From NCBI GenBank assembly GCA_000320545.1, contig ADNK01000760.1, positions 1 to 37,209 of the forward strand: a stretch of 37,209 bases of DNA, in the 5' to 3' direction. Within the stretch, counting starts at the first letter, position 1; each line of letters begins with the position of its first letter. This document shows, piece by piece, positions 20,906 to 33,851 of this stretch. The notes beneath the pieces were generated by a model, which was given only the letters and a program-made list of their open reading frames with translations, had not been told where the DNA came from and ran no database searches. A program made the translations under genes and the position numbers. The stretch comes from Bigelowiella natans CCMP2755. Its lineage: Eukaryota; Protista; Cercozoa.

Positions 20906-21507
20906 GTTTTCACCAATTCCGACACAGGCGCACAAACGACAAAGAATGGTGATCGAATGTGCTTTCTATGCATATACGCGCTGTTCCCCACGATCGTCAT
21001 CGTCATCGTCATCGCCATCGTACATGTGCATGTTAATTGCGCACAGGAAAGAACAGCAAAAGTCCAATAGCAACGACATTAACAAGCACCTGATGCACTA
21101 ACTTCTGGAACGGCTCTTTGGACTTCGTCAGCCCTGCCTCAAAGAGTACCTGCGACATTGATGAGCACAAGATAAGGATGATGATGTAGATAAGAAGGAA
21201 ACGGCAAGTAGTCAAACGTCAAAAGAGCATGAGAAAGGGGGTGATTAGGGACAGCATGCTTCTGTGTATGCCCTCCCCCCCCCCCCCCCAACCCACTGTC
21301 TCAATACTTTATGCCAGAATCGGGAATAGAGGAGGTGCAGCGTTGCGTGCTCTTGCCCTGAAGAAATGATGATAACGGTTATGACGACGATGACGACGGT
21401 GAAGATGGTGAAGATGGTGAAGGTGATGAAAATAACAGCAACGACTACGTGATGTTACTAGAAATACTACAAATAGTAGTAGTAGTAACAAGCCTCACAT
21501 GATGATG

Positions 21508-21539
<32 letters not shown>

Positions 21540-21982
21540 GATATCATCAAACACAAAGTAGTAGTAGTAGTAGTTAGTAGTAGCAGTAGTAGTACCTCCG
21601 ACGTACAAATCCACAGGCATCCAACTATTGTCCGCCTGATGACGGTACGATCAAGAAGAAGAAGAAGAAAAAGAAGAAGAAGAAGAAATTGTTGTTGATG
21701 ATGATGATGGTGATGATGATAGTGACGATGATAGTGATAATCGATGGTGGTGGTGGTAGCAGGAGTAAGTGTAACAACGATGGCGACGACGATGATGGTG
21801 GCAGCGCACAGTAGGTAGTTCCATTGTGTTTGTCTGGACGTTGCTTGATCACACACACGCTCACACGCACACACGCACACAAACAGATGATAAACAGGCA
21901 CGCACCTCCTTGCTCCAGGGTTCATCAACGTTGTGTGGGTCAATGAAACGGAGATAGTACCAGCACGACCTACGAGTGTATA

Positions 21983-22028
<46 letters not shown>

Positions 22029-22127
22029 GCACATGGCTATGGTATGCATGTTGCATCACCGAGAAGAGGATCGACTGGTGAAAATGATAATATTCTACCT
22101 TTCTCTATGTCTGTCTGTGTCTCTTTG

Positions 22128-22175
<48 letters not shown>

Positions 22176-22251
22176 TGTACGCATGTGTGCGTGTGCGTGT
22201 GCATGTGTTGTATATTGTGAACTTTATTAAGCGCAAGGACCCATATAAAAG

Positions 22252-22292
<41 letters not shown>

Positions 22293-22433
22293 TTAGTGTA
22301 GCAGTCCTCTGTAGTTGTTGATCGAGAAACTACTCCTCCTCCTTCTCCTCCTACTCCTCTTCACCTACCCTGCCCACTGAGGCATTGTGTTGGTCTCTCG
22401 AGCGTACCTGCACGTTACGACACCCCCCCCCCC

Positions 22434-22465
<32 letters not shown>

Positions 22466-24178
22466 CATCCAAAATGAACAGCAGATATGAGGGGGGAAAC
22501 GTGGGGGATCCAAAAATACGGGGAAGAGGAAATCGGCGGAGTGACGGGCCTGGCAACGAGCGATGAGAGCGTATCGTGGTTATACCCGTATCACCACACC
22601 CTGCTCCTCCTACCACTGTTACTACTACTACTACTACTACTACTACTACCATTGTCCATCGTCCTTCTGGAAGTAGCGCCAGTCGATTGCTCGAGCGAGG
22701 CACCCCTGTGGATCTTCGCCTGGCTGGAAGTTCTCCATCTCCGGCAGTTTCAGTGGAAGATCTTCCTCAGGGACGGGGCGTGGGTCGTTGAACAGGATCT
22801 CGTGCTCGTCGCCTTTTTATCGTGAAAGGAGGAGGAAGAGGAGGAGGAGAGGGGGGGGAAGGAAAAAAGGAAAGGTCATATATAGCTCATTAGATCATCT
22901 TCAGTCTTTCTCGCAGACATGGTGAAAGATTGTACGTGTGAATATGAATAGGAGATGTTGTTTGCTGCTGTATTCACCAGCACCGCCAAGATACGGGACG
23001 GTGGTGAGCGATGGTCATGATCATCAAGAAGGCGAAGAAGAAGAAGAAGAAGACGAAGAAGAAGAAGAATGAAACGGTGCTGACGGTGATGATGGTGATG
23101 ATGACCTTTTCTCGGGTCTCCGTTTGCATCCTTCATATCGACTGGGAAGTAGATTGGAATGGGTTCGCCTGAGGAAGGATCATGGTGATCGAGCATCGTT
23201 GATAAGCAGCACGATGATGGGACGAAAGGGGGTGGGGGGTGGAGAGGGTGAAGTGGATAATGATAATAACAATGATGACGATGGTGGTGGTGGTGATGGA
23301 AGGCTCTGTATCAAGTAAATGTTTGTTCTCGCAGCAGCTAAAATGATGGGAAAATACCCCAATATCTCTGTCTCGAGAAAACCCAATCACGGAGCTTATA
23401 CTGCACCTTCGAGGATCCTGATCGAGGTGACGATGAAGGTGGTGATGGCGATGATGATGAGAGTGATGATGAGAGTAATGGTGATGATGATGATGATGAT
23501 TAATGAAGATGAAGAAGAAGCTCAGCGTATTAGGAGGAGAAGCTAACCTTTCTTGTTATCCACGAGATGTTTAATAATCGCTTTGCGGGCTTCAGCACTT
23601 GTAATACTAAACGGAAATGCATTTCTTAATCAAACGAAGCATTGTGTAGCCTTTTTGTGGGGAGGGGGGGGGTGTACGATACATCATGGACTTATCCACT
23701 CATTCAGTCATTATATTGATTCAATAAAGTGAAGGCGTTCGTACGAAACTACCCGTTGAACTCCCCCGAGTTTGTAAGGATACCTTTTGATTTTACGTCA
23801 TCATCATCGTCACATCACACAGAACGATAGAATCACATGTTGCGGCAGAGCAGTAGCAGGGATCTTCTCGAAGCGATATAAATGGGCAGTGGGGTGAGAT
23901 TAGGATGGAGAGGAGAGGGGGGTAGATGAATGGGGCGAGCAATCTACCACAATATCTCTCTCCTGACCCCTTAAACTTACCATCTTCAGTGAAGGCCTCT
24001 TGACGGCCGTCGCCATCTTCATCTCCAGCTGCTGCTTCTCCCTGGTTCTTGCTATTCTTCTTCTTCTCTCCCCCCTTTTGTGCTGCAGGTTCGATGACTT
24101 GCTTGATTGGGAGGCCAAACGTTTGTGCGAAGGCCATATCACGTTCGTCATGAGCAGGCACCTCCGGGAAGTAACAAC

Positions 24179-24224
<46 letters not shown>

Positions 24225-24345
24225 GAAAAGAGAGAGAGAGAGGGGGAGAGAGAGAGAGAAGACGGTAAGTAAGCACTTGAAGGTAGCCGCCGCTTTGAAG
24301 AGGGAAGTTCAATATCATTATCAACAGGCTTTTAATACATACACC

Positions 24346-24388
<43 letters not shown>

Positions 24389-25441
24389 TGTATGGTATTT
24401 TGTAATAGTTATCAACCGCCATCACTGCCCCAGATCCATAGCCTTTACAGAAAGAAGGAAGGGGGGGGGGAGAGGGGGAGTACGAATGTTAGGATGAAGA
24501 AGAAGGAAGACAGCAACCTCATCACCATGGTTATTGCCAGTAATCATGACCGCAATCTCTCTCTCACACACGCACACACACACACACACACACACAGTGA
24601 TGTTCAAATGTGTTGTTCCCCGCATTCTAGCGTCGTCTCGGCTTGTATATTTTAGCATATGCTTACAATAGATGATTATAATTATCATGTCGTTTATCAC
24701 TGTTGTTACGTGTGTTAATCGTTAACTACATACCGCCAAGAACGTAGTCTGCAACCCAAATGGGGACCTTCTCCTCTGAGAAAGAGAAGTGTTACGATTT
24801 TGAACAATTTCACGTCGCTATTCTGATATAAATGAAGAAGCCCTGCCCACTTGCGCAATCAGTCGATAAATCAATCAATCAATCAATCAATCAATCGCGA
24901 GGAGGAGACCGCAGCTAGTTACCAGTGATGGGATGAATTGCGTAAGACCCCGTCGGCACGCCGGTCTTCTTTGCCTTTGCCCCCTGTGCAGTTCTCTCGA
25001 GGTCGCTCTTACTGTTGGAGACGGAGACGTATTCTCGTACCTGATAACAATCGTCAATTACCGGTTTTATGGTGATTACTACATCAACTCGATGATATTC
25101 ACGGCAGCAGTCGCAGCAGCAGCAGCGAGGGTGTAGCAGCAGCTGTCTCGCAAGAAGTACACGTTGGGACGGCAAACGATGAAGAAGAAAGGAGAAGATG
25201 CTGATGCTGGTGTACATTCCTCTCACCTTTTCCTTGTTGTCGTCCGTTGTGAGTGCATCGACGAGAGGATGCTCAGGGGCTATGCAGACGTAGGTCACCT
25301 TTAAGCAGGGAGGGAGGGAGGGGCAGGATTGGCAGGGGAAGGACAGTATAGTATTGATATCTATTGCTGGTGAGATGTCTAACGTCGCAAATCTTGCAGC
25401 CCAAGTGATAATGATACTTCTCTTCCTCCTTTGGTACATCT

Positions 25442-25476
<35 letters not shown>

Positions 25477-25769
25477 GCGACTACTACTACTACTGCTACA
25501 TCATGGTCAGCAGCTATCAGCACCAGCGCACCACCACCATACTCTGAATGAATGACATGATAGTACCCACCCCCAATAATGTGTCTGGTCGCGTAGTAAA
25601 TACTGTGAGGGGCTGCTGCTGCTGGTGGATCGCATCGGTGCTCTTTTCCTCTACCGAAGAAGCATCAGCAGGGGCAATCTGGAAGTCGATTTCTGCACCT
25701 GTGTGTTAGTGTGGGCGCGTATGTATGTTATAGCACGTGTGCGTGGAGGTACTTGTCGGATATTATTCC

Positions 25770-25825
<56 letters not shown>

Positions 25826-26022
25826 AATACAAATATCTATACAAACGCTACTACCCTCGGATCGGCCAATCCAAGTTTTCTGAGCTGTGAGAGTGCCTTC
25901 TGGCCAGTCTAAGCCTTCAAGGTCCTCCAGCAATTTGTCGCCGTACTCAGTGATCTTAAGCACCTATTCAGAGAGAGAAGAGGGGACAGCATCAAACAAC
26001 TCCTCCCCATACTCGATCAATG

Positions 26023-26062
<40 letters not shown>

Positions 26063-28195
26063 AAATCTATATTAAGGGTTCCCGGGCTGGTAGCACCCTT
26101 CTATCTCCCCCTTCGTCGTTGTCGTTTTCTTCTTGTTGTCTTCTTCCGCAGTAGTGTTGATGTCATTGACTACGCTCACTTATCATTGCAATTTATACTT
26201 ACCCACTGGCGAAGAGGGAGGCGCTTGACTGGGTGGTCACCACGCTCCGATAACCCATCGATCACCTGAGGTGGGAGGGAGAAAAGAAGCAGAAGACAAA
26301 GAAGAAGAAGAAAAGAAAGATGAAGAGAAGGAGGAAGAGGAAAAGGAGGAGGGGGGGGGGAACGCAATCGAATTATTACTATTATTTTAATAATCATTAT
26401 TATCATTACTTTTATTAGAAGTGGTAGTACTAGTAGAAGTTGGAGAAGAAGAAAGTAGAAGTTAGTAGTAGTAGTAATAGTAATAGTAGACACAACAGCA
26501 GCTGCTATGCATGCTCGTTATCATCGTCGCCTCGCAGAAATAAATACCCCCCAAAAAAAACCCATCACACTTGAGCGAGTAAATAATGATCACTTTCTCC
26601 TGCTCTGCTACCACTTCTCTCTTACCTCTTCGTTAGCAAGGACCGTTCCAAGCGCAGGGCACCAGTTCACGCTCACCTGACGGATGAATTGTGTTTCTGG
26701 GTCGTCCTCGAAGAACCGCGTGGATTGTGATGTGCATTCGATAGCTCAACGGATCGAGAGAGGGAGGGGGGGGTGACCTCTGACTGAGTTGCCAGGCCTT
26801 TTTTGAATAGCTGCAAGAATATCCATTGCGTCCACTTCACGAATTTCTCATCCGTAGTAGCGATCTCACGATCCCTGAGATAATGGATACCAGCGTTAGT
26901 TATACAATGGAGGTTTAATGATGTCGTTAAGTAGTTGCACCACCACCACCACCACCAGCAGGAGAAAAGAATGGTTGAACTAGCATCTAATACGAAGGAT
27001 GTGTTTTGATGTGGAAATCAAGAGATCATTCATTTCTTCATATAAGCAGGGGAGTGGGTCATGGATAATAAACGAAGAACAACCAGTCGTACGAGAAGCC
27101 GAGCATGGAGAGCTGGCGTTTGAAGTTGGCAATGTTCTTTTCTGTGGTAACTGCCGGATGGGTCCCTGTGTTTATCGCATGTTGCTCTGCAGGTAGTCCA
27201 AAAGAATCCCATCTGATAAATGTTTGCATACACATTGGAAGCATGTCAGTCTATTGGCTTTCTGTCACGGGCGTTTGAGGTGAGTTGTTGTTGTTGTTGT
27301 GGTGGTTGTCATCACATTTACCCCATCGGGTGAAGAACATCGTAGCCTTTCATTCGGTAATAGCGAGCCATTACATCGCTTGCAGTATATCCCTCTGGGT
27401 GTCCAACATGTAATCCAGCCCCAGATGGGTATGGAAACATGTCTAGAATGTATTTTTTCTGCTTCTTTGAATCGCGTTCCGGCGTTGCGAATGTCTTCTC
27501 TTCCTGCCATCGTCGCTGCCACTTGGGCTCAATCTGCGCGAAGTCGTACTTCTTGGGCATCTGCATATCTACTGTAGCCGCGGATGCCGAATCTCCTCCC
27601 TGTGATGTGGAAGTGGGTGACGTGTGTTAAAAAAAATCGCTTCCAGAAGAATCACTCGGGGGAGGGGGCGACCTGTGCTGGAACAGTTGAGAACAAACGG
27701 GAGTCGATCCGCGATTTTCGGCATCTCCTCTGGAAGCCTTGCATACACAAGCACCATGAATAATAACCAATGTGTGAATAACAAGGAATTGCGCTTGGGT
27801 CTGCAACTTCGGTGTGCGGCGAGCAGCGTGTTTCGTACTATTTCAACACACGCCACACGCGCAAATAGTGAACAAACAGCATTCATTAGTACCTTGTAGC
27901 CGCATGGCCGTCCGTGGTCTCATCGCAGCTGTTGTTCATGGCGGCGAAGTTAGAAAAAGGACTAGCGACATCACAATTTTTACAATATATCTTTCCGTTC
28001 TCTGCTATGGTCCTACATACCCGACCCTGCCCAAACCGTGACTTTACCTGAACTAGCGCCAAGAACTTTTGGGCCCAAAGGCGCTCCTCTTCGGAAAAAA
28101 AGCATGAAGACGAAGGATGAAAGCACCAAAAGAAGTAGGACGCAGGGTCTTGTCAGGGCCTGGCTGTGGGGGACACGGCTCAGGCCAGACGCCAT
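18422..28195 (-). CDS. leuS: Leucyl-tRNA synthetase, bacterial/organellar type, with bipartite N-terminal targeting leader; about 30 exons
   Basis: HIGH motif [45 protein letters not shown]1 editing motifs FTTRPDT and [71 protein letters not shown]-terminal [17 protein letters not shown] at 18422-18424. The leader exons (about 27600-28195) are less certain than the core. Confidence 0.95.
19130..26490. repeat. Dense cluster of intronic microsatellites in LeuRS ((GAT)n, (TA)n, (GA)n, (GAA)n, (TAC)n, (CA)n, poly-C/G)
   Basis: Examples at 19135-19205, 19395-19424, 19988-20022, 20840-20905, 21498-21545, 21987-22024, 24181-24258, 25443-25495 and 26027-26058. Confidence 0.95.
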
Positions 28196-28393
28196 TGCTT
28201 GTCGGAAAAGAAATGTGCCGGCGCACCTGCTGTGTGGCTTGTCGCAGAGATGGAAATCCTGGAAATCTTGAAAATCGGAATCCAACCGATGCTTCATACC
28301 GGAACCCAGGCTGAGATTACTCGAGATTCCGGTACATCATTGAAAAACTCGCGTAAAAACTAAATCCAGATCGAGGCAAAAAAAGCCACAACA

Positions 28394-28405
28394 ATTGGCG
28401 CGAAG
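28394..28405. promoter_or_regulatory. Overlapping inverted E2F-like site in the LeuRS/SMC6 divergent promoter
   Basis: ATTGGCGCGAAG matches WTTSSCSS. Its reverse complement CTTCGCGCCAAT matches the DHFR-type dyad TTTCGCGCCAAA at 10 of 12 positions. Confidence 0.4.
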
Positions 28406-28873
28406 TCGTATCTAAGCTGGAGAAATCAACTCTTTGGGCAGACCAGGCCTAAAAATTTGATTAAAATACGGCTTCGGTGGAGCTATTCCACACAAATGGC
28501 ATTCATTTTCAAAATATTGAGGAGTGCCATGCTGTTTTGGGTTTTGGGGGATCTAAATCCCATCTGTCCTCGGATTTTAAACGATGTTGTCGCAGAAAGA
28601 AAACCTATTGCATTCCGAGCATTTATCATCGCTGCCTTCGAGAAGCTGTCCCCCTCTCCTGTGAGGTCATAAACATAACCCTTGTAGTTCAGATACCTGT
28701 ACGTCGTTCGACTTTAAATGGATACGGTATCGGAGAGAGAAATGGACACATAAAGATTACATTGAGATAATTGAAGAACTAAGTTAGGATATCAATAAAA
28801 GCAAAACCAACTATCACCATTGTTAATCGGGGAAAATTTTAAATAATTTTGAAGGACATAAACCATTGGGAGG

Positions 28874-30450
28874 ATGCCAAAGGAAAGGCAGGTTGGGGTG
28901 AAGACCCCGCCCATGGGCCAGAAGAGTGAATCAAGAAAGAAACAAAAGCGTAACGAGTCGCCGGTCCAACAAAACGAAGCAAAAAGGGTTTATGAACTGA
29001 GTGATGCGATGGGCTACAGTTTCATTTTATTTCTACAATACAGAGAAAATTTCGTGATTCCGGAATTATCGTTCGAGTGGATTTGGAACAATTCTTATGC
29101 CATACGGTAGCCCTTGACGAGGAAATAACCTTGTTTTTGTGCTGACGAATTTGGAATTATCAGAATTTTGGAATTGACTTTCATCCGAATATTAACTTTA
29201 TTCACGGGACAAATGGATGTAAGCTACACCTATAACATCGAACTTCTTGTCCTTATAATGGAATTTGTGCAGCTGGGAAATCGGCAATAATAGCTGCAAT
29301 TCAGACTTGCATGGGTTCGAGAGCATCTGAAACTCACCGAGCTAGATCCATCAAGCAACTCATCCAGAACGGCAAAGAGTAAGTATTAGAGCAAAGATTT
29401 ACTTTCCAATATTTAATTTATACGATCTGACCATTAGCTGGGCTCGAATAAAAGTAACCCTAAAGAACGAAGGGGATGAAGCATATCAACCTGAAACTTA
29501 CGGGAAACGGATCGTTATTCAACGGGAACTGAATAGACACTCTGCACATAAGTACAGCCTAATTTCGGAGAGAGGTAGTTGCCACCGTGAATGTGTATTA
29601 GGCAGCAACAAGCAGCAACAATCCATGGATTCTGTCAGGCAAAACCATATCAAACAGACGTGAAGATCTGGATAAAATTCTTCAACACTTCTCCATCAAG
29701 GTCCGAAACTCGCACTATCACAACCCATGTCCCCATATGCTTCACACTTAATGTATACGTGCCCCAAAAAATAGAATTTTCATACCAAATGTGTGTTTCC
29801 CTCGCTCTTTCTCTCTCTGTCTTCCTCACTTCCTCTGTTTCTCTCTTCGTGAAGTGGGTGGTGTGTGTATCACATATACGCATAAATTTCCATTGAAGGT
29901 TACAAATCCGTGTGTCCTATTGACCCAAGACGATGCCCGCGATCTTATCGGAGGTGCAGATCCGAAAAAAAAGTAATACCAATTGAAAAACTATTCTATA
30001 TATTTCCTGTTCAAAGAACGTGCATCATTAGGTATGAGTTCTTCCTGAGAGCTACTGGCTTGAGGGAAATGAGAGATGGCATCAGCGCTATTCAGGTCCA
30101 TTATCTTTCAAATCGGTTATACTTCCCACCTTACCCAAATTCTGATTCATAAAAAGTCGAAAGTGGACAGTATGGAGCGGATGATGGAGAGCGAAAACAT
30201 TAAAATTAAAGATTTTGAGTTGAAAGCAGCTGAGGCAGAAAAAGAATACAAAGCATGTGAGCATATCAAAGACCTGGACAGCAAGGTATGTAGAGTGCCT
30301 CAGTGAAGTTTTGGTCTGATTTCATGCTTTGTTATTGGGACAGCTCCTCGAAACACGAAAGCTGATGTTTTGGTCCAAAGTCGGCGAGCATGAAGAAGAG
30401 CTTTCAGAGTTGGAGTCAAATCTTGAAAAAGTGTCAAAAAGAAAGGTAAA

Positions 30451-30529
<79 letters not shown>

Positions 30530-33147
30530 AAAATCTAATATTCATTTCCTAGGAACAGTATAGCCAACGTCTAGCTCAGCCAGCAGAAATTGACCAAAAA
30601 TCCCTAAACCGCAAGATGAAGGATGAGATGACTCCAATAAACGATCAAATCAAGGCTAAAAGGGCAGAGAGGAGAGAGGTACTTCAACAATTAAAAAATT
30701 TTATTTCTCAAGAGTCAAAGCTACAACGCGAGGTCTCACGATCGAAGAAATGTATTTCAAGAAACCAAAAGCGGATCCAAAGCTTTAAGAAGGAAATTCG
30801 TGGCATTGAAAATAATAAATCTCGTAATAAAGAGAAACAGAAGCGAGAGGAGCAGAGAAATCAGGCAGAACAAGAGCTCCAGAAGCTGCGCACTAGTGAA
30901 AAGGAGGGGAAAGAAAAAATGGAAGAGATGCGACGAAATAATCCAATGAAGGAGATCGGCCCCAAACTCAGTCGTTTGAATCAAGAGGTATGTCTTCTGA
31001 AAATTACGTGTTCTCTCTGTTGCTGAACCCAAAATATGTACTCATATTAGATGAAGTTCCTCAATCCCAAGCTTGTCGGAGCAAAGAACAATTTGAGCCA
31101 TTATGAGCGTGCAAATGGAGGCGGAAATAGACTTGCCAGTTTCGGACGATACTCAGTCCAGGTTGACCAAGAAATTCAGCGTAATAGGCGAAGGTTTAGA
31201 AAACTGCCTCTCGGACCTCTGGGGCAATTTATCAAGGTAAAATCTGATCAAGAAAATCAGAAGCATCTTCTCTGTATTGAGGAATGCCTTGGCCGGTTCA
31301 TGGACGCATATGTTTGCGATAACTATCATGACTCGGGAATCCTAAAAGGAATCCTCAAGAAGTTCTACTCAAGGTTTTCTCCAATGATAATTACCCAAAG
31401 AGAACGAGACCAGACGTACAAAGTCCCTGCGAATAGAGAAAGGCTCCCTAACATCTACAGTATGCTTGAATTCACAAATCCTTGGGCACACAATGTTATA
31501 GTCGACCAATGCAAGCCAGAGCGTTGGTATGTAAGCAGCTCCGGGAATGAAGGATACGATTTTGTTCAGAGGGTTCGGTGTAATGGAGCCATGGCAATGG
31601 AAAAAGATGCGAGGTCTGGAAAAAATCTTGGAGTAAAAGTACAGCGAACTGGTGGAAGTGGTGCTATCCGATCTTTCTTCGGTAGAGAGAGGGTGAAATA
31701 CCTTGCCTTAGATTATACGATCCAGATAAAGGAAACCAAGGCTGAGATTCATAATCTCGATCAAAAACTAAAGCAAGTAAAAAAAGAGATGTTTGGCTTG
31801 CAAAGGGAGCGGAAGAATTATGACAAGGGCCTTTCAAAATTGGAAGAACAGTGGAACGCGACGGTGAAATCCATTCGGAAAACTGAACAAAAGATCGAGG
31901 AACTCTCAATCGTTGAAGACGAGGATCCTTCAGGTGAGCTCGATATGGTGGCTGCCATTCGCAGTCAAATTGATAATTGCGAAGCAGAAATTGAGAGAAG
32001 CAAGGAGAAAATAGAGACAGAAACTGAGCAGCTGAAGAAATTAAAGACGAAGGCAGAAATTAAGAAAAATAGAGCTGGAGAAATCAAGCAGGAATGTGAA
32101 GAACTCGAAGGTAAAATTCAAGACATCGAGGCCAAATATATAGGTTTGATCGAGGAGATGACTCGCAAGAAAGCTGCTAAAAAGAAAAATGCGGAGAAGT
32201 TAAAGAAATTTGTCGATTTAGAGAACCAGCTTACCCAGGAAGTTGAGTCAAAAAGAGAAACTATAAGAAGAACTACAGAAGCTGCTACGAAACATATGGC
32301 GATACGACCCGAAGGAAAATTTCCAAGCCGTACCAAATTAGCACGGAAAGAGCAAGCTTTACTAAAGCAACTTGAGAGAGAGAAGAGGAAACATGGAGAT
32401 TTCTTTGTAGCCGAGGTGGCCTATGATAAGGCCGTTAAAGACTTGAAAGAGGCCAACGAGGACCTTCGTGCCTCTAGAGAACTCTTGGAAAAGGAAAAAG
32501 AAATATACAAAGACCGTCGCGAAAACTGGAAAGATTTCAGAAGAGTGCTGCAAACCGAAGTCAATATGCATTTCAACAATTATCTAACTAGACAAGGCCA
32601 CACAGGGCAATTGCATTTTTGCACTAAGGAAAAGGAGTTGACCATCGAGGTTATTCCGGCTCATCAAGAAGAGAAAACAGTGACAAAGGCGCTTTCTGGA
32701 GGAGAGAAATCCTTTACTACCATTGCTTTTATCTTAGCTTTCGGCAGCACTTTTGACGCTCCTTTCCGTGCTATGGATGAGTTCGACATATTCATGGTAA
32801 GAAAATATCTTCACAAGGCCGGGGGAGAGGGGGGAGCAAATTCTCAATAACTGCGCCTAATCCTGAATATTATGTCAGGACTCTGTGAATCGGAAGATTA
32901 GTATGGGACTACTCATCAAAGAAGCTTCGTCAGATGAAAATCAACGAAACCAATACATATTCCTCACCCCACAAGACATAAAGTAAGCATATAATTCAAG
33001 CTAGAAACAGAAGATGAGAATTTATGCTAATTTTTTCTTTAAATCTTTAGTGGGATCCCAAAACAATCTAATATTCGTATCCACAAGCTCGCCGCTGTTG
33101 ACCGAGGCCAGCAACACATCTCATTCCCGAGCAACAGAGATGCTTAA
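28874..33147 (+). CDS. SMC6: Structural maintenance of chromosomes protein 6
   Basis: N-terminal head GIIVRVDLEQFLCH, Walker A NFIHGTNGSGKSAII, Q-loop NPCVLLTQDDAR, KYEFFLRAT, coiled coils, hinge PLGPLGQFI, signature LSGGEKSFTT, SMC6-type Walker B/D-loop PFRAMDEFDIFMDSVNRKISM, QYIFLTPQ. TAA at 33145-33147. Confidence 0.95.
30454..30525. repeat. (CA)n(TA)n microsatellite in an SMC6 intron
   Basis: Directly visible. Confidence 0.95.
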
Positions 33148-33536
33148 TCAATCAGGGCGGAGGAGGAGGAGTATGTGCGCAGCGCAGAGGGCAGTGCGTA
33201 TGAGCCGTAAACACTTTGGCAACAAAATTTGATCACTTCAACTGTATCAGAAACAAATGTATTAATGGTGATGTGAACCTGGGGTCACATCATGATGCTA
33301 TGCGTGCTATGCGCGGTGTGGTGGCTTGCCTCTCATCCTGCAGCACTCGCTGCAAGCTGCGCAAACAAAAGATAGCCGGCTGCATGCGCAAGCTAAGGAC
33401 TAAAGTGTACTGTCCCGTGCTAGCGTGTCTAGAAGTTGCAAGAGGACAAGTGTGATGCAAATGAAATCCCATTCTGTCACGGCCTTGTGCAGCTAATAAA
33501 TAATGTGAAATAACGGCTACGACTCGCATCATCGAT

Positions 33537-33851
33537 CTAGATCATGCCAGCGCTAGCAGCGGCACATGCTAGCATGGGCATGTCTAGATGTGCAAATTGT
33601 GACAACATGATCGACTCAGCAATGAAACTGCGCATGCCACGCTATAGCACGTACGGCCAGCAACAAGTAAATATACGTACACCTGTCTAGCTGTGCTGCG
33701 CGCGCCGCATGCTAGTGCTAGCTAGAGCGTTGTTGTCTAGATGGTCATCACAATTTTAAATGTGCAACTGGATGTGGTTGTCTTGCACGTGCTAGCGTGC
33801 GTACCTCTAGACCTGTCTAGCTGTCTAGCTAGCTAGTTGCACTGTCGCTAG
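33537..33851. repeat. CTAG/CATG palindrome-dense tract in the SMC6/PI3K tail-to-tail spacer
   Basis: 16 CTAG counted by eye in about 315 bp, CATGCTAGCATG (33565-33576), direct repeat ACCTGTCTAGCTGT at 33681 and 33811. Confidence 0.8.

Noticed and set aside
19255-26493. Many ORFs with poly-M, YI, ER, SL, V or F tracts
   Set aside because: They are translations of intronic microsatellites overlapping LeuRS exons.
13771-28195. Bacterial contamination or recent HGT for bacterial-type GSIII and LeuRS
   Set aside because: Both have many spliceosomal introns and eukaryotic targeting leaders.
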